64,000 nucleotides of DNA from Mobula hypostoma (Eukaryota): assembly GCF_963921235.1 (NCBI RefSeq), contig NC_086109.1, forward strand, positions 10,976,001 through 11,040,000, given 5' to 3'. Position 1 is the first letter of the stretch. Every line of letters begins with the position of its first letter. The position numbers and the translations under genes are program-made. The notes under the pieces are model-generated. The model was not told the DNA's origin. It did not search any database and saw nothing but the letters and a program-made list of their open reading frames with translations. Below are positions 1-13,174 of this stretch, in pieces.

Positions 1-365
1 AGCCCCAATCTACCTCTTCTATTGACAGCCAAGAACCCCTTTTTATTAGGTACCAGGGCATACCATCTTTAATTACCCACAAAGTTAATTTAAGACTTCA
101 GATGAATTAGATAATGATGCATCCCACAATGTAGTTACAATCATATTACATATAAATAAAAAGTATCTACCTTAAATACAGTTTACAACAACAGATCACA
201 TTTACACATCCCCATTGCTGAAGAAATTGGATATTCTGCCATGTACGGCAGGTAAGGCAACCGTAAACCCATCCCGAGTGTTTCGGACACATTATGAGAA
301 TAAACCGGGGAAGACATTGAGGTGCGTACACTCAGCGTGACGAGCAAAATGACAAGGGTGAGCGA

Positions 366-1032
366 GTACAGCAGGCAGTGAAGAAAGCTAATGGCATGCT
401 GGCCTTCATAACAAGGGGAATTGAGTATCAGAGCAAAGAGGTCCTTCTGCAGCTGTACAGGGTCCTGGTGAGACCACACCTGGAGTACTTTGTGCAGTTT
501 TGGTCTCCAAATTTGAGGAAGGACATTCTTGCTATTGAGGGAGTGAAGCGTAGGTTCTCAAGGTTAATTCCCGGGATGGCGGGACTGCCATATGTTGAAA
601 GATTGGAGCGACTGGGCTTGTATACACTGGAATTTAGAAGGCTGAGAGGGGGTCTTATTGAAACATATAAGATTATGAAGAGATTGGACACGCTGCAGGC
701 AGGAAGCATGTTCCCGCTGATGGGTGAGCCCAGAACCAGAGGCCACAGTTTAAGAATTAGGGTTAGGCCATTTAGAATGGAGTTGAGGAAAAACTTTTTC
801 ACCCAGAGAGTGGTGGATATATGGAATGCTCTGCCCCAGAAGGCTGTGGAGGCCAAGTCTCTGGATGCTTTCAAAAAAGAGATGGATAGAGTTCTTAAAG
901 ATAGCGGAATCAAAGGTTATGGGGATAAGGCAGGAACTGGATACTGATTGTGGATGATCAGCCATGATCACAGTGAATGGCGGTGCTGGCTCAAAGGGCT
1001 GAATGGCCTACTCCTGCACCTATTGTCTATTG
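366..1032 (+). mobile_element. CR1 LINE, 5'-truncated 3' fragment
   Basis: ORF 378-947 has CR1 ORF2 C-terminal motifs (LVRPHLEY.VQFWSP, FFTQRVV..WN.LP), followed by the CR1 3' UTR and ATTGTCT tail. Confidence 0.93.
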
Positions 1033-1060
1033 AGGGTGTGTGTGTGTGTGTGTGTGTGTA

Positions 1061-1762
1061 TAGAAACATAGAAACATAGAAAATAGGTGCAGGAGTAGGC
1101 CATTCGGCCCTTTGAGCCTGCACCGCCATTTATTATGATCATGGCTGATCATCCAACTCAGAACCCAGCCTTCCCTCCATACCCCCTGACCCCTGTAGCC
1201 ACAAGGGCCAAATCTAACTCCCTCTTAAACATAGCCAATGAACTGGCCTCAACAGTTTGCTGTGGCAGAGAATTCCACAGATTCACCACTCTCTGTGTGA
1301 AGAAGTTTTTCCTAATCTCGGTCCTAAAAGGCTTCCCCTTTATCCTCAAACTGTGACCCCTCATTCTGGACTTCCCCAACATCGGGAACAATCTTCCTGC
1401 ATCTAGCCTGTCCAATCCCTTTAGGATTTTATACGTTTCAATCAGATCCCCCCTCAATCTTCTAAATTCCAACGAGTACAAGCCCAGTTCATCCGGTCTT
1501 TCTTCATATGAAAGTCCTGCCATCCCAGGAATCAATCTGGTGAACCTTCTTTGTACTCCCTCTATGGCAAGGATGTCTTTCCTCAGATTAGGGGACCAAA
1601 ACTGCACACAATACTCCAGGTGTGGTCTCACCAAGGCCTTGTACAACTGCAGTAGTACCTCCCTGCTCCTGTACTCGAATCCTCTCGCTATAAATGCCAG
1701 CATACCATTCGCCTTTTTCACCGCCTGCTGTACCTGCATTCCCACTTTCAATGACTGGTGTA
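1061..1762 (-). mobile_element. CR1 LINE, 5'-truncated, inserted in a (GT)n tract
   Basis: ORF 1158-1751 with the same CR1 motifs; (TTTCTATG)n tail; flanking duplicate tgtgtgta at 1053-1060 and 1763-1770. Confidence 0.93.
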
Positions 1763-2099
1763 TGTGTGTACATTTACCAGGTTCCCTCCGTCCCAGCTAC
1801 TGTGGGCGCCCACATTTGTTTTCCTGATAACCTTGCATTGTTTTTCATGTTAGTAGCTACAACCGGCAGGTTTGGTGCATGATAAACCTTTTCAATCCCT
1901 GTGTTGCTGAGGCGTATGGATCGGGAAGATCCCAGAATCAGACCATCACTCATATATAAGCATTTTGATATTTGTTTATAACACTTTAAGCCCATAGACT
2001 GCAAGTTACCATTTATTGCCAATTGTTAATTGGCCTTGTACAGACTGGCTTATACCTTGGGCTATTTTGGAAGATGATTAAAGACCAAGGAGTGACCTT

Positions 2100-2460
2100 A
2101 TTTAGAATTTTCTATCGTGTGTTGACATGCAACAAAAAAACAATAATATTCAACAATTCAAAAGAATAAAGGATTACATAAAAATGTTACAGGTTAAAGT
2201 ACAGGTATGGAAATACAATTTGCATAAATACATATATACCAGCATGTACTTACAATGTAATCACTATTGTAGAAAGTGGTTTAAAGTGTTTGCAGTGATA
2301 TTTTGTGATGAGAGTAATTGATGGAGGAGTTGGAGTGGCTAACTAGTATAATGGATCAGATTCACTGCCTGGGGTAAAAACTTTTAAATTGCCGTGAAGT
2401 TTATTTTTAAATAGCTCTGTAGAGCTTTCCAGAAGAAAGTTTTTGGAGAAGGCAGGGTTC
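2100..2460 (-). mobile_element. Degraded Rex1/Babar-type LINE 3' end
   Basis: Reverse strand resembles the end of the Rex1 ORF (..SGR.YR.I..KNSFYPQA) plus AT-rich 3' UTR. Confidence 0.5.
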
Positions 2461-2468
2461 TATAGATA

Positions 2469-2536
2469 CAGTACTGTGCAAAAGTCTTAGGCACTGTGTA
2501 TATAGCTAGGGTGCCTAAGACTTGTGCCCAGTACTG
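2469..2536. mobile_element. 68-bp Tc1-type palindromic mini-element
   Basis: TA|CAGTACTGTGCAAAAGTCTTAGGCAC ... GTGCCTAAGACTTGTGCCCAGTACTG|TA. Part of a composite repeat (to about 2800) that recurs inverted at about 16265-16558. Confidence 0.7.
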
Positions 2537-3959
2537 TAGTAATTTTATGTATTGCACTGTACTGCTGTCACAAAAAAAACCAAATATCATGACATATGTG
2601 ATAAATTTGATTCTGACACGGGACTTTATTGTGGACTGAGAGTGGGAAGGGGGCCGGGAGAGGGGAATCATGTTTGGGAGAATGGGAAGGGAGAGGGGAG
2701 GGAGCGGGAAGCACCAGAGAGATATTCTGCATTGATCAATAAACCAGTTGTTTGGAATCAAATAGCATTGCCCTCTGTCTCAGGGATGGGTGGTTTGCTC
2801 CTTCAACTCACCACCCCCACCCCCACTGTCCCTGGCATTCCTTCTCTGCTATCTCTCCCCCACCCCGCCCGTGGCGCTCCACCCTCACCATTCCCAACAT
2901 CCTTTGCTCCTGATAGATTTACAAACTTGCTCCCCGCTCCATGTTGACAAATTCAGTACTGAGCAGGGCTATTCACCTGGAGTGCTGTTTGGTTGTTTAA
3001 TTAGGTGCGACAGGTTAATCCAAGCATCGGTGGGTGCGGTGAAAATCGTGGGGAAGTTGACAGGGGTATGAGAAAGTAATGGTCACATGGAAATGATGAG
3101 ATCGATGGGATTGCTCGGAGAATTGGTCTAGACTCAATGGGCCGAATGGTTTCATTCTATGTCAGAAGGAAATAAAAAATTCCAAGGGCCTTGGAAAATC
3201 AATCATCAATTCAATTCTCATCCACCACTAGAATTCATAATTTTTAAGGAATATTGCACAGGGCTTACGCAACAATGGGAGGGCTTGAGTTACTTTCTAG
3301 CTGAAGAGCTCCCTACTATATTTATTAGTGACGTTCATTTATTTCAGGCCGATACTCTGGCCTTGTCGCATGGAGACATTTCCACTGAATGATGGGTGTT
3401 CCCCAAGGCATCGTGCTGGGGATATAAATGTTCAGGGGCGGCAGTGACCTTGACAGAGTGGAATCCATCGTGGAAGTAGTTTGGGGCCTAGGGTGCAGGG
3501 CTGCATAACTCCATCATCACCTCCTGGGCAAAGCAGAGTGCATAACAGCAGTTGTCCGTGATACTGCCGCATGGCTCTCTCCAGGGAGCAGAGAGAACAA
3601 TGGCCGTAGAACTGCTGATGTCACAAATCAGCTTCAGACTCCTCCCTTTACCTTCAAAAACACTCAGGGAGGAGGACCGAACCAAGTAGGTCGTTGAAGT
3701 GATTTGATTTCCGAGCTCGAAGAGTTATTGTCCAGCTTCAGCTCACTTTCTTCAATCCCGGAATGTGCATTCAAAGAACAATTAAGTCAAAGTTGAGTTG
3801 ATTGTCATAATGCACAATTACATGCACAGTCTGTACAAGTTCAATGGAAGTCTTACTTTCAGCACCATCACAGGAACAAGCAACATTCACAAGAAAAGCA
3901 TAAATTGAACATAATTTTTACAGGAAACATAATTATAGCAAAATAATAATAAAGTCTAG

Positions 3960-4256
3960 AATTTAAAATCAGAATCAGGTTTAATATCATCCTCATATGT
4001 CATGTAATTTGTTCACTTAGCAGCAGCAGTACAATGCAATACATGATAACTATAGAGAAAAAAATAATCAATTACAGTAAGTATATATATGTTTATTAAA
4101 TAGTTAAATTAAAGATAGTGTTAAAACAGAAGGAAAAACTGAGGTAGTGTTCATGGGTTCAAGGTCCATTCGGAAATCGGATGGAAGAGTGGACAAAACT
4201 GCTCCTGAATCGCTGGGTATGTGCCTTCGGGCTTCTGTACCTCCTACCTGATGGTA
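3960..4256 (-). mobile_element. Rex1/Babar LINE 3' end
   Basis: atcagaatcagg tail and reverse-strand PSGRRYRS..HTQRFRSSF motif; same family as 23168-23690. Confidence 0.7.
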
Positions 4257-4584
4257 GAAATACTGCACATGGATGTTAACAGGACTGGAGCGCAAACACA
4301 AATGACTGAATGGCCAACTTGTTTCTGTTTCTAATTCATGAATCTTTCATGCGAGCCGTAGAGTCTTCAGCGAGCTTGTTTGTTTAAGCAGCAGTCAGAG
4401 TTCCATTATAGGATCCACTGAACCATACAGACGAGCGAACTCTTCACTTTCCCTGCTTCGCACAACAAACACTGATTCTTTAACTGGTGGGGAGGGGGAG
4501 TCTGCAATATGTACACTACATTCATGGAACATGCAGGTGCAAAGAGGCACCACATTTAGAGCAATTGACGGGCCAAGAATCCTC

Positions 4585-5040
4585 CATAAGACATAGGAGC
4601 AGAATTAAGGCATTCGGTCTGTTGAATCTGCTCCACCATTCCATCATGGCTGATTTATTTTCCCTCTCAACCCCATTCTCCTCTCAGTAATCAAGAACCT
4701 ATCAACCTCCACTTTAAATATACCCAATGACTTGGCCTCCACAGCCGTCTGTGGCAATGAATTCCACGGATTTACCACACTCTGGATAAGGGTATTTCTC
4801 CCCAACTCTGCCCTAAAGGGATGTCCTTCTATTCTGAGCTCTACCATCAGATCCTACTATTGGAAACATCCTCCCCACATCCACTCCATCCGGGGCTTCC
4901 AATATTCCGTGGGTTTCAATGAAATCCACCCCCCACCCACATTCTTCAAGACTCCGGTGAGTACAAACCCAGAGCCATCAAACACTCATCATAAGTTAAG
5001 TCTTTTATTCCCAAAAACATTCTTGTGAACTCCTCTGGAC
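4585..5040 (-). mobile_element. CR1 3' fragment
   Basis: ORF 4644-4847 (QSVVNPWNSLPQTAVEAKSLGIFK) and CR1 tail. Confidence 0.8.
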
Positions 5041-5580
5041 CCATGGGCTATGAACACACCTCCCCATTGCTGATCAGGTCTATCCAAACTAAAAGAACCA
5101 CCATGTTTAGAAGGGTGACAAGTGATTTGACGTTATTTGCCCAATTTCTTCCACCTACTAATTCCACCTTAAAGGTCCTATCATTATGTATCCTACTAAA
5201 ATACCTCTTAGAAACGTCAAAGGTAAAAAAATCTCTCATCACAAACAATTTTTTTACTATGATACACGACAATAAAAGATTTCTCTCCAATTGACTCCAG
5301 TATCTTAATTGACGATTTTGTAATTTTCTATTAGAGCTTTTATTATTTCAAATTTTACTGATTTTATTGTTTTTGATGGTTGACCCCCCCCCCCCAGCTT
5401 CCCAGATAATTTTAACATTCTTAGTAATAGAGATTTATCATTCTCTGAGAGTTTCACAGAATGTTAAAATGAAATGTTGTGCCTCAGGGTCGTTCATCGG
5501 AATTGTAATTGAAACAGTATATTATTGTTGCATATACTGAGATACTGTGAAAAGCTTTTCGAGTTCCTTACCTTCTAGAC

Positions 5581-7260
5581 CGGTGGTTCCCAAAGTGGGC
5601 AATATCGCCCCCTTGGGGGCAGTAGGCATTTCGAAGGGGGGTGATAAAGATAAAGGGGGCAGGGGTGTGCTCAACAGCAAGGAGGGCATTTGAGTGATTC
5701 CAGGCTTCATTTAAGAAATTAATTACTTATTTTAAGCATTTGAACCTCAGTGCCTCATAATTGATTACATTGATCACCTCATCTCTTGCTAACCCACCCT
5801 TCTCCTAGACTTTGCTTGAAGTGCATTATAGTTGCTGAAAAGCAAGGTGACTCTTCTGTATCTGTCATATCATGAGAAATCTGGATTGAAGAAATTGTGT
5901 TATTTCCAGCCCTACGCATTATTGCCATTCACTACGGTAGTACAGCGTTAGCTGTACTCTAATCACACAGTGACACAATTCCTGTCAATTAGGATCTAGA
6001 ATTGAATGGAGTAAAGTTCAGAGCCTGTCCTTTTGAGTAGTCTGGACTGCACTCATCCAGCTTATGGCCCAACCAATATAACGCTCCCTCACTTCATGTA
6101 CCTTCAGGCAGAGTGTCAGGTTTTGCCTGAGCTATGATAACATCATAACTTTCCCCTTTATTGATCACAGTGTTCAAGGTTAGACTTAAACAATAGGTGA
6201 TTGACTGTGGTCATTAATCCATAATGAAAATTGCAGAAGCATGCCAAATGAAAAAAAGTGTAGATACTATAGTGTGCAGTATCTGAAATATGGATTTATA
6301 CCAGCACCAAGCAACCAACAGCAGCCAATATGACTAACGTGAGATTTTTTTTACATCTGAGGCAATGAAACCATCCAGGCTGCTAGAACATTTGAGAGGA
6401 ATACACCCTGATAAAGCAAATAAAAACTTGGCTTATTTTCGGTCACTGTGAAAACTTTCAGCAATGGAGAACACTTCAAAACATGTTTGCCAGCACCTCA
6501 CAAAAAAACAGTGATGGTTTGCGTGTTTCATATACTTCATCGCTCAGCGCTAGATCTGGAAAGCCCTGTGCAACTGGAGAATAATTGATTCTGCTAGGAA
6601 TCAGGGAGGTTCTGAGGACAGTTTTGCATAAGTCACCAGATCAAATAATTAAAGTGATTCTTTGAACAACTCTATTCAAAGACGAATAGATGAAACGTCT
6701 GAGAATGTGAAAAACACATTGTACAACATACTGAGGTCAACAGTTGGATGAGTCAACTTTGCCAGGCAATGAATCTTTGCCTCTTGGTTATGTTCACTTC
6801 ATAAAAGCGGAATGCATGGATTAAGAGTTGTTATTTGCAAGGGAGCTAAAAACAGAAATGAAGGGGGAGTCAATATTTCAGGTTGTTGATCAATTTTTCA
6901 AAACGAAGGGCCTCCTACTCACCAATACTCCTGCTTGTGCAACAGATGAGGCACTGTCAATGACGGGTCGCCACCACGGAGTGACCACTTTCTGGAAAAG
7001 TGCTGTACAGTACTTAACATATTTACCATTCATTGCGTAATTCACGGACAATGTCTTGTTGCATAAAAACCTAAGTGATCGGCTGCACAAATCATTAAAT
7101 ACTGTTCTCACGGCGGTAAATAAAAACAAGCCCCATGCTCTCAGTTCTTGACTATTTCGAGAGCGTTGCACTGAGAATGATGAATAGTTTGAATGCTTGC
7201 TGTTGCACACAGGAGTCAAAAGGAAACTACCTGAGATACGATTAGCTGCTTTTTGAAATT
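5581..7260 (+). mobile_element. Degraded hAT (Charlie/Buster, SCAND3/ZBED-like) DNA transposon
   Basis: TIR-like cggtggttcccaaagtggg; frameshifted transposase pieces KKCRYYSVQYLKYGFI, MKPSRLLEHL, QLDESTLPGNES, ATDEALSMTGRH, IHCVIH. Confidence 0.85.
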
Positions 7261-7684
7261 GATAAAATTATACAACATTGAAATTTGTCTCCTTACAGAT
7301 AGCCACAAAGCAAAAAACCTGAAAGAACCTAATTTAAAAAAAGACCAAAACCCAATGTGCACAGAAAGAGAAAAAGTACAGAAATTATGCAATCAACAGA
7401 AGTGAGTAGCGGCAGTCAGAACCAAATTGAGTCCTGTTCTTAAAAATGCTTTTAGTTGAATCTCTTGCCTTTTGAACTACCAGCAAGCCATCGCTCACCT
7501 TCAGTAGTGCCATCTTAAACCAGAAGTTGGACAGTCTGAGTACAAAGCCATTTGATTTTTGGGTCAGATAGACAATGGATTCAGATGTTTTCAAGTTAAG
7601 AACCATGAACAAGCATTAATTTACAACCTGAAACATCCCTTGTTTATTCCCTTCCATTGATGCTGCCTGACCTGCATTGTGTGT

Positions 7685-7932
7685 GCTTCCTTTTCAGGAC
7701 ATCAGAGATTTCATCCTCCTTCAAAGAGTGGGGTACTTCTCCCTCCACCTTTGATGCCGCCCTCATCCGCATCTCCTCCATTTCCCCAACATCCGTGCGC
7801 ACCCCATCTTCCCACCGCCTTAACAGTGATAGAGCTCCTCTTGCCCTTACGTACCATCCCATGAGCCTCCACATTCAACCCATCATGCTCTGCTACATCC
7901 GCCATCTCCAAAGGGATCCTACCACCAAACGC
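7685..7932 (+). mobile_element. Penelope-like element, internal ORF fragment (RT to GIY-YIG linker)
   Basis: SSSFKEWG...DRAPLALTYHP.SLHIQ.I....RHLQRDPTTK in ORF 7657-8043. Confidence 0.8.
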
Positions 7933-8034
7933 GTGCGTGTGCTACTGAAGACTTCCAGCACCTGCCGAGTCTCTGCATCTCTAATTCACAACCTCATAGT
8001 GAGAACAAAATTATCAAATGGACTCCATTATATA

Positions 8035-8347
8035 AGACCATAAGACATAGGAGCAGAATTAAGCCCATTGAGCCTGCTCCGCCATTTCATCACGGCTGAT
8101 CCATTATTCCTCTCAGCCCCAATCTCCTGTCCCATATTTCTTCATGCCCTGACCAATCACAAATCTATCAGCCTCTGCCTTAAGTATACCTACAGACTTG
8201 GCTTCCACAGCTGCCTGTGTTAATGAATTCCATTGATCACTACCCTCTGACTGAAGAAATTCTTCTTCACCTCCATTAGAAAAGGACGTCCCTCTATTAT
8301 GAGCCTATGTCCTCTGGTCTTAAAGACTCCCACCATAGGAAACATCT
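8035..8347 (-). mobile_element. CR1 3' fragment
   Basis: ataagaccataagacataggagcagaatt tail and CR1 ORF2 end. Confidence 0.8.
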
Positions 8348-8489
8348 CTGCCCTTCTAGTCCGTGCCGAATGCTTACTCTCACCTAGTCCCACCGACCTG
8401 CACTCAGCCCATAACCCTCCATTCCTTTCCTGTCCATATACCTATCCAATATCGAACCTGCCTCTACCACTTCTACTGGAAGTTCGTTC

Positions 8490-8901
8490 AATACTTACTT
8501 CAAGGTCCCCTGTCCTCCCCTGATAATTGACATCACTATATTCATGCAAGGAAAATATGCACTGTGTGTTTAATATTAAATTCATTGGATAAACCCTTTT
8601 AGAAATGAAATTAAGTGTATTAGCCACTTATCACCTATATTCCAGTCGTGATTAACCCCACCCCCCGAACAGAATCCCCAAAAACGATTTGTAGAAAAAA
8701 AATCAGCACGTACATGCATGCGCACACAGGTGCCCGTGCAAGGCTTCATGGTCATTGTAGTCTTTCTTGGGGTAAACACAACATATTTGACTGCTACTCT
8801 TGTCCGTTGGCAACCCTACCCCCCGCCCCCCCCCCCAGGGTCAGTCTGAATATTGTCAATAATAAACCGGTCCACGGTGCAAAAAAGGTTGGGGACCCCT
8901 G
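8490..8901. mobile_element. Composite non-autonomous hAT element (one end)
   Basis: Ends ...ccggtccacggtgcaaaaaaggttggggacccctg, the same terminus as at 16859 and 49245. Confidence 0.7.
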
Positions 8902-9302
8902 GTTTATAAAATCACAACATTACATCCTTGTGTTTATATTCTAGTCCTCTTGAAGTGAATGCTAACATTGCATTTGCCTTCCTCACCACAGACTCAACCT
9001 GCAAATTAAATATACTTGATATGAATCTTTAATGACTGAACAACAGAAATATTCCACCTTAATGTTTCTTCCATCACAATAATTAATGATATCCTTTTCC
9101 TTTTAAATATAAGTTCCTACATTACCCAATGACTACACTTCGCATAACTTGTTATTGACAGTAAAGTACTTCTGGGTTTAGTTCTTCCTAAACTTAGGAA
9201 CAGCCGACCTATGTATATCTCGTACATATGGTGCGGAATTTGTGACATCAAAGGGAAGGATGTGTTAGCTGCTGTTGGGCTGGAAGAACCTTCTGCCATG
9301 TG

Positions 9303-9545
9303 AGACAATAGACAATAGGTGCAGGAGTAGGCCATTCAGCCCTTTGAGCCAGCACCGCCATTCACTGTGATCATGGCTGATCATCCACAATCAGTACCCT
9401 TTTCCTGCCTTCTCCCCATATCCCTTCACTCCGCTATCTTTAAGAGCTCTATCTAACTCTTTTTGAAAGAATCCAGAGAATTGGCCTCCACTGCCTTCTG
9501 AGGCAGAGCATTCCACAGAACCACAACCCTCTGTGTGAAAAAGAG
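9303..9545 (-). mobile_element. CR1 3' fragment, within a degraded Tigger-like MITE (about 9110-9645)
   Basis: Reverse complement closely resembles 790-1032. Flank ggaacggaaccctgccgtaacctgtggagtacttgta resembles a Tigger end (weak). Confidence 0.75.
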
Positions 9546-9937
9546 AGAGAGCTCAGTTCATGGGCACATTTCCGACTTGCAAACACTGTGGGTTACAAAC
9601 AGCCCTCAGGAACGGAACCCTGCCGTAACCTGTGGAGTACTTGTATTATACAACTGGTAACAGTTGGCATAAAGGTGTAAGTCTCTCTTTTAAAGTAGTT
9701 CAGCACAGGATAGTCGGAGAGTCATAGAGCTCTACAGCACAGAAACAGGCCCTTTGGCCCATCGAGACCGTGATGAACTATTAATCTGTCTAGTCATCAA
9801 CCTGCACCCGGACCATAGCCTTCCATCCACCGCTTTTTGCTGTTGGACTCCGGCCATATTATTTGCCAAGGGAAATCTCGCATGCAATTGTGGTTGTTGT
9901 GTACATCCCTCCCTCTGCCAACCCAACGTTGGTGTGT

Positions 9938-12515
9938 AACATCATTTACACCGTCATAGCCAGATTACAAACCTAGCACCCGACTGCCCTCATTACCATC
10001 TCAGGTGACTTCAACCATGACTAGAACACTGCCCAACTTCACGCAGTATGTGAGCTGTACAACCAGAGGGGAGAGGACTCTGGATTTGATGTACGCTAAT
10101 GTTAAGGATGCATACAGCTCCTCTCCCCTCCCCACACTGGGAAGGTCAGATCACAACCTGGTGCATCTAAAACCCTGCTACGTGCCTCTGGTGAAGAGTA
10201 AACCCGCAACCTCGAGGACAGTGAGCCAATGGTCGGAGGAGGCCTACGAGGCGCTCCAGGGTTGTTTTGAGGTGACAGACTGGCAGGCACTCTGTGAGCC
10301 ACATGGAGAGGATATTGATGGGCTCACAGAGTGCATCACTGATTACATCAACTTCTGTGTGAACTGCAATGTTCCAACAAGAACTGTCCTTTGTTATTCA
10401 AATAACAAGCCATGGGTGACAAAGGACATTAAGGACATCCCGAATGCTAAAAAGAGGGCGTTTAGAGATGGAAATAGGGAGGAGCTGAAGGCAATACAGA
10501 GGGACCTGAAAACCAGGATTAGAGAGGCTAAAGACAGGTACAGGAGGAAGCTTGAGTGGAAACTCCAGCAGAACAACATGAAAGAGGTCTGGAGGGGGAT
10601 GAGGACCATCACTGGGTTCCAGCAAACTAGCAACAGAGGAGCTGAGGGTAGTGTGAACAGGGGCAATGAACTTAACCTGTTCTTTAACAGATTTGACATT
10701 GTGACCTCTGCCCATCCTGCACATGAGCCATCTGTTGTCAGCCCCCAACCAACACATGTTCCACTCTCCCCTCCTATCATAATAAATGGCGGTGCAGGCT
10801 CGAAGGGCCGAATGGCCTACTTCTGCACCTATTTTCTATGTTTCTATGTTTCTATGTTACCCCTCCTCACAGTCCCCCACCCTGCTGTCATGACTATACC
10901 CCTCCCCCACACGAAACCACCACGGGCTTCACAGCTGAACAGGTGAGAAGACAGCTGAAACGTCTCAACCCAAGCAAGGCTTCAGGACCGGATGGTGTCA
11001 GTACCAGGGTGCTCAAAGCCTGTGCCCCTCAGCTATGCGGAGTACTTCGCCATGTATTCAACCTGAGCCTGAGGCTCCGGAGGGTTCCTGTACTGTGGAA
11101 GACGTCCTGCCTCGTCCCTGTGCTGAAGACGCCGCGCCCCAGCGGCCTCAATGACTACAGACCGGTGGCATTGACCTCCCACATCATGAAGACCTTGGAG
11201 AGACTTGTTCTGGAGCTGCTCCGGCCTATGGTCAGGCCACACTTAGATCCCCTCCAGTTCACCTACCAGCCCCGACTAGGAATTGAGGATGCCATCGTCT
11301 ACCTGCTGAACCGTGTCTACGCCCACCTAGACAAGCCAGCGAGCACTGTGAGGGTCATGTTTTTTGACTTCTCCAGTGCGTTCAACACCATCCGCCCTGC
11401 TCTGCTGGGGGAGAAGCTGACAGCGATGCTGGTGGATGCTTTCCTGGTGTCATGGATTCTTGATTACCTGACTGGCAGACCACAGTACGTGTGTTGGCAA
11501 CACTGTGTGTCCAACAGAGTGATCAGCAGCACTGGGGCTCCACAGGGGACTGCCTTGCCTCCCTTTCTCTTCACCATTTACACCTCGGACTTCAACTACT
11601 GCACAGAGTCTTGTCATCTTCAGAAGTTTTCGGATGACTCTGCCATAGCTGGATGCATCAGCAAGGGAGATGAGGTTGAGTACAGGGCTACTGTAGGAAG
11701 TTTTGTCACATGGTGTGAGCAGAATTATCTGCAGCTTAATGTGAAAAAGACTAAGGAGCTGGTGGTAGACCTGAGGAGAGCTAAGGTACCGGTGACCCCT
11801 GTTTCCATCCAGGGGGTCAGTGTGGACATGGTGGAGGATTACAAATACCTGGGGATATGAATTGACAATAAACTGGACTGGTCAAAGAACACTGAGGCTG
11901 TCTACAAGAAGGGTCAGAGCCGTCTCTATTTCCTAAGGAGACTGAGGTCCTTTAACATCTGCCGGACGATGCTGAGGATGTTCTACGAGTCTGTGGTGGC
12001 CAGTGCTATCATGTTTGCTGTCGTGTGCTGGGGCAGCAGGCTGAGGGTAGCAGACACCAACAGAATCAACAAACTTATTCGTAAGGCCAGTGATGTTGTG
12101 GGGATGGAACTGGACTCTCTTACGGTGGTGTCTGAAAAGAGGATGCTGTCTAAGTTGCATGCCATCTTGGTCAATGTCTCCCATCCACTACATAATGTAC
12201 TGGGTGGGCACAGGAGTACATTCAGCCAGAGACTCATTCCTCCGAGATGCAACACAGAGCATCATAGGAAGTCGTTCCTGCCTGTGGCCATCAAACTTTA
12301 CAACTCCTCCCTTGGAGGGTCAGACACCCTGTGCCGATAGGCTGGTCCTGGACTTATTTCATAATTTACTGGCATAATTTACATATTACTATTTAACTAT
12401 TTATATTTCTATTACTATTTATTATCTATGGTGCAACTGTAACAAAAACCAATTTCCCCCGGGATCAATAAAGTATGACTATGACTATGACTATGACTAT
12501 GACTACTATGACTAT
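9938..12515 (+). mobile_element. Rex1/Babar LINE, 5'-truncated (APE endonuclease C-terminus plus RT), inactivated
   Basis: APE motifs GDFNH, TLDLMY and GRSDHNLV; RT motifs NDYRPVALTS, FFDFSSAFNTI, GAPQG, KFSDD, YKYLG; premature TGA at 11858-11860; (ATGACT)n tail. Confidence 0.95.
10777..10858 (+). mobile_element. About 80-bp CR1 3' tail inserted in the Rex1 ORF
   Basis: aatggcggtgcaggctcgaagggccgaatggcctacttctgcacctattttctatg(tttctatg)n; shifts the frame between ORFs 10005 and 10838. Confidence 0.88.
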
Positions 12516-13174
12516 TTCACTGGCAGCTCGTTCCACCCTCCCACCATCCTCTGAGAGAAGAAGCTCCCCTAACCTATGACCTCTAGTTCTAGTCTCACCC
12601 AACTTCAATGGGTAAAGCCTGGTTACATTTACCCTCTCTGTACCTTTCATAATGTTGTACAGCTCTATCAAATCTCGCCTTAAATCTGAAGAGCTGGTTG
12701 TTGACTTGAGGAATGGGAAGGAGAGTGAGCATAGACCAGTCCACACTGGGGCTCGGTGGTGGACCCCTTACCTCAAGTCACCAAGACCTAGTAAAACCCT
12801 TGTTATTTTCCTCTGTGCTCTTTCAATCTTATTGATATCTTTCCTGTGGGTAGGTGACCTGCTTTGGACATGGGAATGTTTTATTAAATTCCAGAAGCTC
12901 ATTGTGTAGGTGAGGTCCAACCCCACTGTTATGTAGTGCGAATCTGCTTAAATTGTGCCTTTACAGCATGTTAAAGTCCAGACTGAAGAAGGCAGCCACT
13001 TCATCAATGTTAGCCTCTCTTTGACCTCTGTGACCTTTCTGAATAGATTTCCAAATGCTCTATGAATATAGATGCATATGAAGTGAAGGAGACAACTACA
13101 GCTAAATGGTGAATAACTTCCATCTTAGAAAACTTGGGCTGGATTGAAACTCAAAGTTGGGTTTGCATCACCAT

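Noticed and set aside
1774..2022. Minus-strand ORF ending at a donor-like ctg|gtaaat
   Set aside because: No recognisable homology and no partner exons found.
3340..3780. Coding-looking unique sequence
   Set aside because: Stops in the frames tried on both strands and no consistent splice pair.
6240..7260. Possible domesticated SCAND3/ZBED gene
   Set aside because: Multiple frameshifts and stops plus a TIR remnant indicate a dead transposon.
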